A stretch of DNA of 64,000 nt from Candidatus Binatia bacterium (lineage in GTDB: Bacteria > Desulfobacterota > Binatia > UBA9968 > CAXXLF01): contig CAXXLF010000002.1 in the NCBI GenBank assembly GCA_963664015.2, forward strand, positions 1,760,001 to 1,824,000. The letters run 5' to 3'. Shown piece after piece: positions 40,587-51,005 of this stretch. The translations under genes and the position numbers were made by a program. Position 1 is the stretch's first letter; each line of letters begins with the position of its first letter. Under the pieces are notes generated by a model. It was not told the DNA's origin and did not search any database. It worked only from the letters and a program-made list of their open reading frames with translations.

Positions 40587-41171
40587 ATGGAAAAGCAGAT
40601 CATCGGCGATCGGATGAATACCTTTTTCCTTAAGTTAACCCGCCAGAGCTTCTGGGAGCTAGGTATCAACGATGATTCGGTTGCAGAATACGTGGCGGAT
40701 GTCCTGACGGACTTTTCCCGTATGGACAACTTGTATGGGTTCCCCGCCCAACCGGAGAAAAAATTGGTGACCGTCGTAGAAGTGTTGACGGCAAAGGAGC
40801 CAGACCCCGCGCCGGATGCGACCACGGGTAGTCCAACCCTGTTAAAGGAGCGAGAGCTTCGCAAATATCTGGGCGATTACAACCTGTTCATGAGTGGTAT
40901 GTTACGATCCCATGTGGAACACGGAGGATCTTTGAACGCCTATCTTGAGGAAAGAAGTCGGTCCTACTGGACCGTATCCGAGCTGGATTTCTCCGTTTAT
41001 CGGACCGGATTCCTTCTCTTTCAAGAGCTGTCGAACCAATTTGAATACTATTCGGGAGCCCTCGACTATATGCGCAAGGCCTATTTTGCCCATGAACCGG
41101 GCGAAGATCCCTTCAAGGGTTTTTTGAAGCAGATCGAAGGCTGGATGAAACTGAACGTCTCCGAGAATTAG
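40587..41171 (+). CDS. hypothetical protein
   Basis: Clean 194-aa ORF; V..Y.AD.L..F and R..GD..LF.SG segments look like a conserved family, function not recognised. Confidence 0.7.
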   Translation: MEKQIIGDRMNTFFLKLTRQSFWELGINDDSVAEYVADVLTDFSRMDNLYGFPAQPEKKLVTVVEVLTAKEPDPAPDATTGSPTLLKERELRKYLGDYNLFMSGMLRSHVEHGGSLNAYLEERSRSYWTVSELDFSVYRTGFLLFQELSNQFEYYSGALDYMRKAYFAHEPGEDPFKGFLKQIEGWMKLNVSEN

Positions 41172-41275
41172 TGTCTTCCATATCTCTACGGTTGCACCCA
41201 TCCGAAGGCCGTACTACTTTTTAGGGCGGTCCGTGGTTAGCAAGATTTAACCATTACAAGGTTCGGAACCCGGTT

Positions 41276-42280
41276 GTGAAGAAATTGGTCCTTGGGGCAT
41301 TGTTCCTCTCGTTTTCCTTGCTCTTGTTTATCGGCTTCCTGTTTGCATTTCTTTCCACCCCCTCCCGGGGTAACCCCGGTGCGGTAGAGTTCGCCGTCGA
41401 TCGGGGGGAGTCTTTCTCTTCAGTGGTCGACCGGCTCGAAAGGGTGGGCGTGATTTCCCATGAAAGGATCTTCACGCTTTGGGCCCGATTGTGGGCACTG
41501 GACAAAAAGATTCAATGGGGGCTTTACCGCTTTGTGTTGCCTTTGGCGCCCATCAAGGTCCTGGACCGAATGGTGCTGGGGAAGGGCCACTTCCGTCGCC
41601 TGACCATTGCCGAAGGATTGACGTTAGTTGAGATCGCGGCTCTTGTGGAGCGAGAAGGATTGGGCAGCAGCGAACGGTTCCTCGAGGAGGCGCGCAATCC
41701 AGAAATTCTTGCCCGGGTTGGTCTGCAGGACGTAGGAGCGGAAGGCTATCTTTTTCCGGACACCTATCATTTCTCCCTTTCGGCCAGCGAGCGGGATATC
41801 ATCAAGATGATAATGGATTACTTCGATGAGAGGTTTACGCCGGCCATGGAAGAACAAGCCAGGAGAGTCGGTCTCAACCGGCACCAAGTGGTTACCCTGG
41901 CCTCTCTCATTGAAAAGGAAAGCGGGGTCGATAACGAGCGGTCCATAGTCTCGGCGGTCTTTCACAACCGACTGAGGGACCGGATTCCGCTTCAGAGCGA
42001 CCCGACGGTCATCTATGGTTTGAAAAGCTTTAATGGGGATTTGACGCGCAAGCACTTGCGCACGCCGACTCCTTACAATACCTACGTCATTCGGGGCCTT
42101 CCGCCTGGCCCCATCAGCAACCCGGGTCTAGCCTCCCTTTGGGCCGCGCTCTATCCGGCCGACGTTTCCTACCTCTACTTCGTTTCCAAGAATGACGGGA
42201 CCCACTTCTTTTCCGAAACCATCGGCGAACATAACCAGGCAGTCAACCGTTATCAGCGTCGCCGCGTTAACGGACACTGA
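41276..42280 (+). CDS. mltG: endolytic transglycosylase MltG
   Basis: EGYLFPDTY, LASLIEKE, F.NRL...LQSDPT, PYNTY...GLPPGPI.NPG and YLYFV. Confidence 0.95.
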   Translation: MKKLVLGALFLSFSLLLFIGFLFAFLSTPSRGNPGAVEFAVDRGESFSSVVDRLERVGVISHERIFTLWARLWALDKKIQWGLYRFVLPLAPIKVLDRMVLGKGHFRRLTIAEGLTLVEIAALVEREGLGSSERFLEEARNPEILARVGLQDVGAEGYLFPDTYHFSLSASERDIIKMIMDYFDERFTPAMEEQARRVGLNRHQVVTLASLIEKESGVDNERSIVSAVFHNRLRDRIPLQSDPTVIYGLKSFNGDLTRKHLRTPTPYNTYVIRGLPPGPISNPGLASLWAALYPADVSYLYFVSKNDGTHFFSETIGEHNQAVNRYQRRRVNGH

Positions 42281-42528
42281 TTGGTGAGATGATAGGTTTG
42301 ACCTTGGAGCTTTTGTTGCATCGCAGAGCAGGGGCTGACCGAACCCATGATACCGCTTGGTTGATAGACACCAGGGTCCAAGGTCAAAGTCGTTTTGTGA
42401 ACCTAGCGACAATCCATGGTGACGATCAGATTCTTGAAGCCTTGTTGAAAAAGGTCCCGGGTCCATGATTCGGGTGCCCCAATTGAAAAGAATGATAATC
42501 TGCCGATAGCGTTGGTGATTACGGAGTA

Positions 42529-42990
42529 ATGATGGCTTAGAAGAAGTCTGAAAAAGCCAAAACGGTGAAAAAAGTGAAACGCAGGGGGTGGTCCCACCCA
42601 TTGAGGTGTCCGATTTACAGCGGGCAGTGGAAGAGGACGGGGGAAAGGTCCTGGGTATTTATCGGGAACCGTACGGTGGCTCTTGGGTGGCCATAGCGGC
42701 CTTGCCCATCGACCAGGTCGAGCCGACGCCTTTCCAACGCAATCTTTCGGAAGCCCACGTACGTAAGCTCGAGACCGCTATTGGCAGGCTGGGGTGCTTT
42801 TTCGACCCCATTGTGGTGGTGCGGGCCCAGGGGGCAACCGAGTCGAATGTTAAGTACTGGACACCCAATGGGCACCATTGGGCTTTGATGACGCCCTGGA
42901 ACGAATGATGAAAGCCGCCGCCAAATTCAATCCGGAGAAGATCAAGGTGGAAGATCTGGCTCGCAGTGGCGGGCCTATGGAAGAAGGCGG
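42529..42990 (+). pseudogene. ParB-N/Srx-like domain protein remnant with large internal deletion
   Basis: TAG 42538-42540 near the start; frameshift; LP.D.VEPTPFQR.LS..H...DPI....YWTPNG.H then an abrupt jump at ~42878 to C-terminal-like FDDALERM..AA.KF.PEKIK.EDLARSGG. Confidence 0.7.
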
Positions 42991-43420
42991 CTGTTCCTGT
43001 ACGTTCTCGACACCTTCTGAGCCAGTTGGCGGTGGGCGATTATCGGACGGCACTGTCCATTTCCACCCCTGGTGACTCTCCCATAGAACTGGTCGAGGAG
43101 CGAGCCAAGTCGAATTTCCCATTCCCACCTGTCGGCTATACGCTTCTCTATGATCCCGGGGTCGAAACTCCCTTTAATCATCTCAATACTCCGCTATTAG
43201 CAAAGCTGGCCCATGATTGGGGCGATGCTCCTTTTATTGATCGAAGTCTTGCTGCGTCAGTGGGGCTCCTGGAGGGGGCTTTAGGGCCTCACGATTATAG
43301 GAACAGATGCCTTTGAAGACGCTGCCGTGTTGCCGTATACTCTTTCCAGTCCACCGGGCAGAGGGGTGATGTCACGATTGAAACGTGGGCTGCTGGCATT
43401 GGATCAAAAGGAACAAGACG

Positions 43421-43723
43421 ATGGAAAAATCAGAGCATCATGGGCTGTTAGAGCTGTTTAACTTGGGGGCGAGGTTGGGCTCGTTGGAAGGCTACCTCTA
43501 TGGCGCGGCGAAAGTAGAGAAAAAGTATCTGGCCGGATGGCTGCATAATATAGACCGTGAGTTCAAAGAGCTGCCTACGGAGGTCGGTCGCCATATCGCA
43601 GAGGATTATGCGACCGTACTGGATAAGGTGCTAAAACTCGTCCAGGGACACTTTGGGGAAAATGACGTGGACACGCTACAGGTCAAGGAAATTGTGGCCA
43701 GTCTCAAAGGACTCAACCAGTGA
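43421..43723 (+). CDS. hypothetical protein
   Basis: 100-aa helical-looking ORF with AAGGA upstream; no recognised motif. Confidence 0.55.
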   Translation: MEKSEHHGLLELFNLGARLGSLEGYLYGAAKVEKKYLAGWLHNIDREFKELPTEVGRHIAEDYATVLDKVLKLVQGHFGENDVDTLQVKEIVASLKGLNQ

Positions 43724-43823
43724 GGTGGAAAACCGGAAAAGGTACTGAAATCATAGGGGGTCGGAACTTGCCATGCGCTTTTTCTTTGCCTAAGATGAAA
43801 AGTCCAGAAATCGGCTGGATCTA

Positions 43824-44429
43824 ATGATCCTGACTAAACGACAGAAAGAGATTCTTGATTACGTACAGGGGTATACGGCACAGCAGGGATACGCCCCAAC
43901 CCTTGCTGAAATCGGCCTTCACTTCGGTCTGACCTCTTTGGCCACGGTGCATAAGCACCTCACCAATTTGGAGGAAAAAAGGCTAATTCGAAGGCAGCGA
44001 AACCGAAGCCGGGCCCTTGAGGTGGTTCAAAATCTAAGGAAGAGAAGAGCTGCCGTGGAAGTCCCCCTCTTGGGTATGGTGGCAGCGGGGTCTCCTATTG
44101 AGGCCGTGGAGATAAACGACAGCCTGGCCGTTCCTGAGGAATTGGTGCGGGATAAAAATGTTTTTGTTCTCCAGGTCAAGGGCGATTCGATGATTGACGA
44201 ACAGATCCTCGACGGAGACCTGATCCTTGTACAGGCCCGATCTAGCGCGGAAAACGGGGAGACGGTTGTTGCCTTAGTCGACGGGGGTTCGACGGTAAAG
44301 AAGTTCTATCGGGAAGCCGGCGGTCAGATTCGCCTACAACCGGCCAACGAATACCTGGAGCCCATCTGGGCGCCTGAGGATCGCGTGGAAGTCCGGGGAG
44401 TTGTGGTGGCCGTGATCCGTAAGTATTAG
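43824..44429 (+). CDS. lexA: SOS repressor LexA
   Basis: LT.RQ.EI, PT..EI, VAAG.P cleavage site, V.GDSM (Ser), TVKK (Lys) and LQPAN. Confidence 0.96.
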   Translation: MILTKRQKEILDYVQGYTAQQGYAPTLAEIGLHFGLTSLATVHKHLTNLEEKRLIRRQRNRSRALEVVQNLRKRRAAVEVPLLGMVAAGSPIEAVEINDSLAVPEELVRDKNVFVLQVKGDSMIDEQILDGDLILVQARSSAENGETVVALVDGGSTVKKFYREAGGQIRLQPANEYLEPIWAPEDRVEVRGVVVAVIRKY

Positions 44430-44606
44430 GGGTGTGCGAACTTTTCCCCTTACCACCGGATTTCCCGTATACAAGTGGAGGGGTTGGATTGATAAGGCAC
44501 TCTGCAGACTAACACCGTAAAAACAAAGGGATACGTCCAAGGACCGGGGTTTACAATTGCAGGGTCAGATGCTAAGGGATTGTGAAACAATAGCCGCGAG
44601 GTGTTT

Positions 44607-45140
44607 ATGGCCGGAGAAAAAGCAGAAAGTAAAGAGCGAATCTACTTTAGGGGCCTTCAGAATATCAACTATAGCTTGATGGAGGTCATGCAACAGATGC
44701 GGGATCTCCCCCGTGTGATCAAGGCTAAAGATCTGCCCCCCCGCGATGTAACGGGTCCCCAATACTTTAACCGATGGCTCATGGAACCTGCCATGGGAAA
44801 GATGCAGAGCATCCAGTCCCACATGGTGGATCTGGCCCCAGGGGGGCGTTCCCAGAAACACGGTCACATGAACGAGGCGGTTTTCTACATCCTGGATGGC
44901 AAGGGGTACGATATACACGACGGCGAACGTTACGACTATGAGGCGGGTGACATCGTTGTGGTGCGCAACGGCTGTGTACACCAACACTTCAACTCGGACT
45001 CCAAAAAACCTCTAAAGGCATTGGTTGTCAAGAGTAAGCCAATGTATTTGTTTATGAATCTGCTCTTTCAAACGGTAGTGGAAAAAGCGCCTGGGGGGTC
45101 CCCCCCGGGGTTCGAGGGGTGGGACGCGGAAGATTTTTAA
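44607..45140 (+). CDS. monocupin protein
   Basis: KHGHMNEA..Y...GKG and GD......HQHFN. Confidence 0.85.
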   Translation: MAGEKAESKERIYFRGLQNINYSLMEVMQQMRDLPRVIKAKDLPPRDVTGPQYFNRWLMEPAMGKMQSIQSHMVDLAPGGRSQKHGHMNEAVFYILDGKGYDIHDGERYDYEAGDIVVVRNGCVHQHFNSDSKKPLKALVVKSKPMYLFMNLLFQTVVEKAPGGSPPGFEGWDAEDF

Positions 45141-45170
45141 CGAGATCAAACTCGAGGCGAGGAACTTTCC

Positions 45171-45725
45171 ATGAAACACGAAGAGGCAAAGAAATTCCAA
45201 ATTGGTAAGAAAAAGGCGCGCTATTACGACGCGAGCATCGAAGAAGTCCAAAAAAATAAAAAAGCGGACACAAAGCTCCAGGAAGTCGTTAAGGCCAAAG
45301 ATATGCCGTGGGAGGACTCTCGTCACGGGCGGCTGAAGCATATTGTGAATGAAAAAACGAAGGCCAGAGTGAAGACCGTGGATATGTATATTCAAGAAAT
45401 TCCACAAGGAGGTTGTTCTGGCAAACACCGGCACATGGCAGAAGAGTTTCTCTTTGTTCTTGAGGGAAGGGGATACGATCTCCACTGGGACGTTAATGCG
45501 CGAATCGGGGATAAGTACACCTGGGAGGTTGAGAAAGAGCCCAAACGGTACGAATGGGAGGCGGGAGACGTGATCTTTGTTCCCGTCAACACGGTTCATC
45601 AGCACTTCAACTCGGACCCGGAAAAGCCGGCGCGGTTGCTCTCTGGAATGAATCGGATCTACAAAGACATGGGTTTTCATGACCTGGAGCAGATCGAAGA
45701 TGCCCCGGAGGTCAAGGGACTGTAA
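45171..45725 (+). CDS. monocupin protein
   Basis: KHRHMAEE....EGRG and GD...P....HQHFN. Confidence 0.85.
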   Translation: MKHEEAKKFQIGKKKARYYDASIEEVQKNKKADTKLQEVVKAKDMPWEDSRHGRLKHIVNEKTKARVKTVDMYIQEIPQGGCSGKHRHMAEEFLFVLEGRGYDLHWDVNARIGDKYTWEVEKEPKRYEWEAGDVIFVPVNTVHQHFNSDPEKPARLLSGMNRIYKDMGFHDLEQIEDAPEVKGL

Positions 45726-45837
45726 CACCTCCCCATATTTCTAGGTCAATTCCTCACTTACCTCCTTAACCGGGCCTCCCATCGGTCTGTTTTTTTCTGA
45801 GGCCATCGCAGGATGGCGTTCTATAGGATGTTGGACT

Positions 45838-47886
45838 GTGCATACGAACTACCTCATTGGAGAAACCAGTCCCTATCTGCTGCAGCACGCCCATAATCCC
45901 GTCAATTGGTATCCCTGGGGGGATGAGGCACTAGATCGGGCCCAAAGGGAGAAAAGGCCGATTCTTCTCAGCATCGGTTATTCTGCTTGTCATTGGTGTC
46001 ACGTCATGGAGCATGAGTCGTTTGAAAACGAGGAAATCGCCGCTCTGATGAATGAACATTTCGTCAATATCAAGGTGGATAGGGAGGAGCGGCCGGACCT
46101 GGATGAGATCTACATGAATGCCGTTCAAATGCTGACGGGCCGCGGTGGTTGGCCTATGACCCTGTTTCTGACGCCAGAGGGGAAACCTTTTTTTGGCGGC
46201 ACCTACTTTCCACCGGAAGACCGATACGGGGTCCAGGGCTTTCCCAGTATCCTCACGGCCGTGGCCCAGGTCTATCGCGAGAAGCCCGATCAGGTAGCGA
46301 CCACCGTGGACAAGCTGGTTGACGGACTGAATCGGCTGGGGGCGGTCACCGAGAGCGATAGTATCCTTTCTTCGAATACGGTTAGAGGGGCTGCCGAACA
46401 GCTCGCCGATGCCTACGATCACGAAAATGGTGGATTGGGGCGTGCACCGAAATTTCCCAATGTGGGAGTGCTAGCCCTTTTTCTCCGCGTTTACTGGCGC
46501 ACCGGTGAAGGTCGCTACCTGGATATGATCACCCATACGCTCAAGCGGATGGCCGACGGTGGCATCTATGATCATTTGGGGGGCGGGTTCCACCGTTATT
46601 CGGTCGATGAGAAATGGATGGTCCCTCACTTTGAAAAAATGATTTACGACAATGCTCAGCTGACGCGGATCTACGCAGACCTCTATCGTGTCACGGGGGA
46701 GCCTCGATTCAAGCAAGTTGTAGAGGATAACATCGAATATCTGTTGCGCGAGATGGTGCATCCAGAGGGAGGATTTTACTCCACCCAGGATGCGGATAGC
46801 GAAGGAGACGAAGGAAAATACTATGTGTGGGATCGTGCTGAGGTGATGAGCCTGCTGGGTGAAGAAACCGGCGATATCTTCGGGCGGTTCTATGATGTCA
46901 GCGATGTGGGTAATTTTGAAGGAAAAAACATTCTCCATCCCATTCTGACTCTTGATCAGGCGGCAAGGTATTTCAAAAAGGAGCCGGCCGAAATCGACGC
47001 AGTGATCAATCGATCCAAAGCAATGCTGTTAGAGAAGAGGGAAACGAGGGGCAAGCCTTTCCGGGATGAAAAGATTCTAGCCTCGTGGAACGGCCTCATG
47101 TTGTCGGCCATGGGTGCGGCCTTGAAGATCAGCGATCAGCCGGCTCTGCGAAAAACGGCAGAACGGACCGTCGAGTTCCTTTTCACAAAGATGGTGCAAG
47201 GGGATCTGATTCTTCATACCTACAAAGATGGAAAGGGCAAAATTCCAGGGTTTTTAGATGACTACTGTTTCGTGAGTGCGGGACTTCTGGATCTCTATGA
47301 GGTGACATTGGAGACCAGCTTCTATGAAAAAGCCCGGTGGCTTGCGGACAGAATGATCGCTGATTTTTGGGATGATCAACATGGGGGATTCTTCACCACG
47401 GGAACTGCACACGATCGGCTCATCAGCCGAAGTAAACCGGCCTTTGATGGTTCCGTTCCCTCGGGTAACGCGGTAGCATGCCAAGTGCTTTTAAAACTCT
47501 ATCACTACACAGGGGAAGAACATTACCTGCACCGAGGGGAGCGGATCCTACGATTGTACTACGACGCCATGGAACAACACCCCTTTGGATTGACCGAGAT
47601 GATTGCTGCACTGGATCTCTATCTCGAAGGGTCCAAGGAGATTGTCATCGTGGGGGAGCGCCAGGACCCTGCTGTGCATGACATGTTGACCGGACTTAGA
47701 TCTTTGTACCTTCCGGACGTGACGCTGCAGTGCGCGGAGTCCGGAGTGGATCTGCTGCAGAGCGCACCTTGGCTACGAGGCAAGTCTCAAATTGACGGAA
47801 AACCAACGGCCTATGTGTGCCAGAATTTTACCTGTTCGGCCCCTGTTACGGACTGGGAAGGTTTAAAGAAATTATTGGAGAAATGA
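45838..47886 (+). CDS. YyaL-family thioredoxin-domain protein (SPATA20-like)
   Basis: [53 protein letters not shown] and DADSEG.EG. Confidence 0.93.
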   Translation: MHTNYLIGETSPYLLQHAHNPVNWYPWGDEALDRAQREKRPILLSIGYSACHWCHVMEHESFENEEIAALMNEHFVNIKVDREERPDLDEIYMNAVQMLTGRGGWPMTLFLTPEGKPFFGGTYFPPEDRYGVQGFPSILTAVAQVYREKPDQVATTVDKLVDGLNRLGAVTESDSILSSNTVRGAAEQLADAYDHENGGLGRAPKFPNVGVLALFLRVYWRTGEGRYLDMITHTLKRMADGGIYDHLGGGFHRYSVDEKWMVPHFEKMIYDNAQLTRIYADLYRVTGEPRFKQVVEDNIEYLLREMVHPEGGFYSTQDADSEGDEGKYYVWDRAEVMSLLGEETGDIFGRFYDVSDVGNFEGKNILHPILTLDQAARYFKKEPAEIDAVINRSKAMLLEKRETRGKPFRDEKILASWNGLMLSAMGAALKISDQPALRKTAERTVEFLFTKMVQGDLILHTYKDGKGKIPGFLDDYCFVSAGLLDLYEVTLETSFYEKARWLADRMIADFWDDQHGGFFTTGTAHDRLISRSKPAFDGSVPSGNAVACQVLLKLYHYTGEEHYLHRGERILRLYYDAMEQHPFGLTEMIAALDLYLEGSKEIVIVGERQDPAVHDMLTGLRSLYLPDVTLQCAESGVDLLQSAPWLRGKSQIDGKPTAYVCQNFTCSAPVTDWEGLKKLLEK

Positions 47887-47952
47887 AATCGGTGGACGGA
47901 TGGTCAATTCGAATGGATAAAAACCTAATCTTATCTAAGGACGGTGCGTATT

Positions 47953-49413
47953 ATGGTTAAAATGTTTTTCGGCGGCGAGCAACGAGATTCTAAGAGCGGT
48001 GCGGTGACGGAAATCCGAAACCCTGCCACGGGGGAAGTGGTCGATACGGTTCCCAAGGGAACCGTTGAAGACGTTCGGGAAGCCATCGATATGGCCCATG
48101 ATTCGGCTAAAGGTTGGGCTAAGATCTCGACAGCCAAGCGGGGCGCCCTGCTGTTTGAGGCCGCTCACCTCATTAAGTCCAAGGAAAAGGAACTGGCGAC
48201 CTTGCTGACTCAGGAACAGGGAAAACCTATTCGCGAGTCGGTCCTGGAAATCCGCCGATTGGTACACACCCTGGAGCACTATGCGGGGATGGCCAAGTGC
48301 CTGAGGGGCGGTTTCGTGGGACTGGATGACGGGCGTTACGGGCTGATTATGAGGAAACCCGTTGGGTTGTGCGGGGCCATTGTGCCGTGGAACTTTCCCG
48401 TTGCTCTTATGGGAAACAAGATCGGACCCGCACTTCTGGCGGGTAACCCCATGGTAATCAAACCCGCGGGGACAACCCCTTTAACGGGCGTTCGCTGCGT
48501 AGAACTCATCCACCAGGCGGGACTGCCCAAGGGTGTCATTAATATCATCACCGGACCGGGCAGCGTGGTCGGAGAGGAAATTCTCCAACACTCCAAAGTT
48601 AGGAAGGTCGGGTTCACAGGTGAAACCGGAACAGGGAAGCATGTCATGGAAGTCGCTTCCAAAGAGGTCAAGCATGTCACGTTGGAACTAGGCGGCAGCG
48701 ACCCCATGATTGTGTGCGACGATGCTGACCTCGACCGGGCCGTAAGCGCAGCATCGGTGGGCCGTTTTTTCAATTGCGGGCAGGCCTGTTTGGCCGTCAA
48801 GAGAGTTTACGTCTTTGACAAGATCGCGGACACCTTCATAGAGAGGATCATCGAAAAGGTCAAAAAGCTACGCATTGGAAATGGAATCAAGTCCGATACC
48901 CTTATCGGTCCGCTTCACACGGCGGCGCAGCGTGAGGAAGTCGAAGAGATGGTCGAGGACGCTGTCAAGCGAGGCGCCAAGCTGGTCCATGGGGGAGTGC
49001 GTCCCAAAGGTGATGAGTTTAATCAGGGCAATTATCTCCTTCCCGCCCTTTTGACGAACGTGGATCTGGACTCCCGTATCCTTGTCGAGGAGTGTTTTGG
49101 ACCGGCTCTGCCAATCGTGCGAGTGCGTAATCTTGACGAGGCCCTCACTCAGGCTAATCGTTCGATCTTTGGTCTCGGTTCATCCGTTTGGACCAAAGAT
49201 ATCAACAAGGCCATGCGAGCCGCGGAACATCTCGAGGCCGGTTACACCTGGGTCAACTCGGCACAGATCATATATGACGAATTGCCCTTTGGCGGGGTCA
49301 AGCAAAGTGGACTCGGCAAGGAGCACGGGAGTGAGGCCATCGACTTTTACACCGAGACCAAATCGGTCGTGATCGCCACGGACGTGCAGACCGAGGAGGT
49401 AGGGGGAGAATAG
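47953..49413 (+). CDS. aldehyde dehydrogenase
   Basis: PWNFP, FTG.T..G, LELGG, GQAC (catalytic Cys), EE.FGP and PFGG.KQSG. Confidence 0.94.
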   Translation: MVKMFFGGEQRDSKSGAVTEIRNPATGEVVDTVPKGTVEDVREAIDMAHDSAKGWAKISTAKRGALLFEAAHLIKSKEKELATLLTQEQGKPIRESVLEIRRLVHTLEHYAGMAKCLRGGFVGLDDGRYGLIMRKPVGLCGAIVPWNFPVALMGNKIGPALLAGNPMVIKPAGTTPLTGVRCVELIHQAGLPKGVINIITGPGSVVGEEILQHSKVRKVGFTGETGTGKHVMEVASKEVKHVTLELGGSDPMIVCDDADLDRAVSAASVGRFFNCGQACLAVKRVYVFDKIADTFIERIIEKVKKLRIGNGIKSDTLIGPLHTAAQREEVEEMVEDAVKRGAKLVHGGVRPKGDEFNQGNYLLPALLTNVDLDSRILVEECFGPALPIVRVRNLDEALTQANRSIFGLGSSVWTKDINKAMRAAEHLEAGYTWVNSAQIIYDELPFGGVKQSGLGKEHGSEAIDFYTETKSVVIATDVQTEEVGGE

Positions 49414-49429
49414 AAACCCGGAGAGACCA

Positions 49430-50977
49430 ATGAGAGTTGAGTTGCCAGATATCTATAACGCCGCCACCACTTTTGTCGATGAGAATATAAAGGCGGGCCG
49501 GGGCGGCAAAACCGCTATCTATTACCAGGATCAACGGATCACCTATCAGGACCTTTTCGAGCGGGTCAATCGGACCGGTAACGCTCTCAAGTCCCTTGGT
49601 CTGGACATCGAGCAGAGGGTGCTTTTGGTTTTACCCGATAGCCCCGACTTTGCCTTCGCATTCTTCGGGGCCATGAAAATCGGGGCCGTGCCCATTCCCA
49701 TCAATCCCTGGATGGCGGCAAAAGATTATGAGTACTTGCTGACTGATAGCAAGGCGAGGGTGTTGATCCTTCACGAATCCGTCGTCCCCGAGATGCAAAA
49801 GATATGGGACCGGGCACGTCACTTAAGACACGTGCTGGTGGTAGGAAAACCCGTGGGTCGTGCAAAATCCTTTGACACGGTGGTTTCCCAGGCTGCGAAG
49901 GAGCTAGATGCCGAGCCAACCCAGCCGGAAGACGTCGCCATGTGGCTCTATACCTCGGGCAGCACAGGCTTTCCCAAGGGGGCCGTCCATCTCCATCGTG
50001 ACATGATCACCATCACGGACCTGTTCGTCAAACCCGTGCTTGGAATGGGTGAAGACGACATCTGCTTTTCGGCCTCTAAACTCTTTTTTGCCTATGGGTT
50101 GGGGAACTCCCTTTATTTTCCTTTTCGCTTCGGTGCCTCCACCGTCCTGTGGCCGGAGCCCCCCGACCCGGAGAAGATCCTCCAGGTCATCGATCGGTAC
50201 CGTCCGACCTTTTTCTTTTCCGTTCCCACGCTCTTCAACCGCCTCCTGCGCGTGGAGAAGAACTACGACCTCAAGTCGCTCAGGATATGCCTATCATCGG
50301 GGGAGCCCCTTCCGCCGACGCTTTTTAACCAATGGAAGGAAAAGTTCGGACAGGAATTGTTGGACGTGGTGGGCTCGACGGAAGCCACCCATGATTTTCT
50401 TGCCAACCGGCCGGGCAAGGCGAAGCCTGGGAGCAGCGGTCAGGTGACTCCGGCCTTCGAAGCCAAGGTTGTTGATGACGAGTGGCGGGAGGTGCCGGTG
50501 GGAGAGGTCGGTCACCTCATGGTCAAGGGGGACGCCAACGCCCCATACTACTCGAACAAGAGCGAGCAGACCAAGAGGACCATGCTGGGAGAATGGCTGA
50601 AAACCGGTGATACCTATTACCAGGATGAGGAAGGTTATTTCTGGTATTGCGGGCGTTCCGACGACATGCTGAAAGTGGGAGGGATGTGGGTCTCTCCCAT
50701 CGAAGTCGAGAATACGCTCATGGAACATCCGTCGGTCCTGGAGGCCGCGGTGACGGGGCACCTGGACGGGGACGGACTGATCAAGCCCAAGGCCTTTGTG
50801 GTGTTAAAAGGCGAATACACGGCGGGGGAACCGTTGAAACAAGAGCTCCAAACCTTCGTCAGAGACAAGCTGATTCCTAACAAGTATCCGCGCTGGGTGG
50901 AGTTCGTAGAGGAACTTCCGAAGACCGCGACGGGGAAGATCCAGCGCTTCAAACTCAGACAGAAAGCCGAAAACTAA
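49430..50977 (+). CDS. benzoate-CoA ligase family protein
   Basis: WLYTSGSTG.PKG..H, SKLFFAYGLGN, GSTE, TGD, GRSDDM.KV.G.WVSP.EVE and LPKTATGKIQRF. Confidence 0.92.
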   Translation: MRVELPDIYNAATTFVDENIKAGRGGKTAIYYQDQRITYQDLFERVNRTGNALKSLGLDIEQRVLLVLPDSPDFAFAFFGAMKIGAVPIPINPWMAAKDYEYLLTDSKARVLILHESVVPEMQKIWDRARHLRHVLVVGKPVGRAKSFDTVVSQAAKELDAEPTQPEDVAMWLYTSGSTGFPKGAVHLHRDMITITDLFVKPVLGMGEDDICFSASKLFFAYGLGNSLYFPFRFGASTVLWPEPPDPEKILQVIDRYRPTFFFSVPTLFNRLLRVEKNYDLKSLRICLSSGEPLPPTLFNQWKEKFGQELLDVVGSTEATHDFLANRPGKAKPGSSGQVTPAFEAKVVDDEWREVPVGEVGHLMVKGDANAPYYSNKSEQTKRTMLGEWLKTGDTYYQDEEGYFWYCGRSDDMLKVGGMWVSPIEVENTLMEHPSVLEAAVTGHLDGDGLIKPKAFVVLKGEYTAGEPLKQELQTFVRDKLIPNKYPRWVEFVEELPKTATGKIQRFKLRQKAEN

Positions 50978-51005
50978 ACCACAGATTGAAACAGAGGGGA
51001 AACGA

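Noticed and set aside
43724-43823. LexA operator upstream of lexA
   Set aside because: No match to SOS boxes I know (CTGT-N8-ACAG, GAAC-N4-GTTC, GTTC-N7-GTTC); not callable by eye
45091-45110. G6-T-C7-G4 tract as a phase-variation site
   Set aside because: Runs are short, in frame and near the 3' end of the cupin gene
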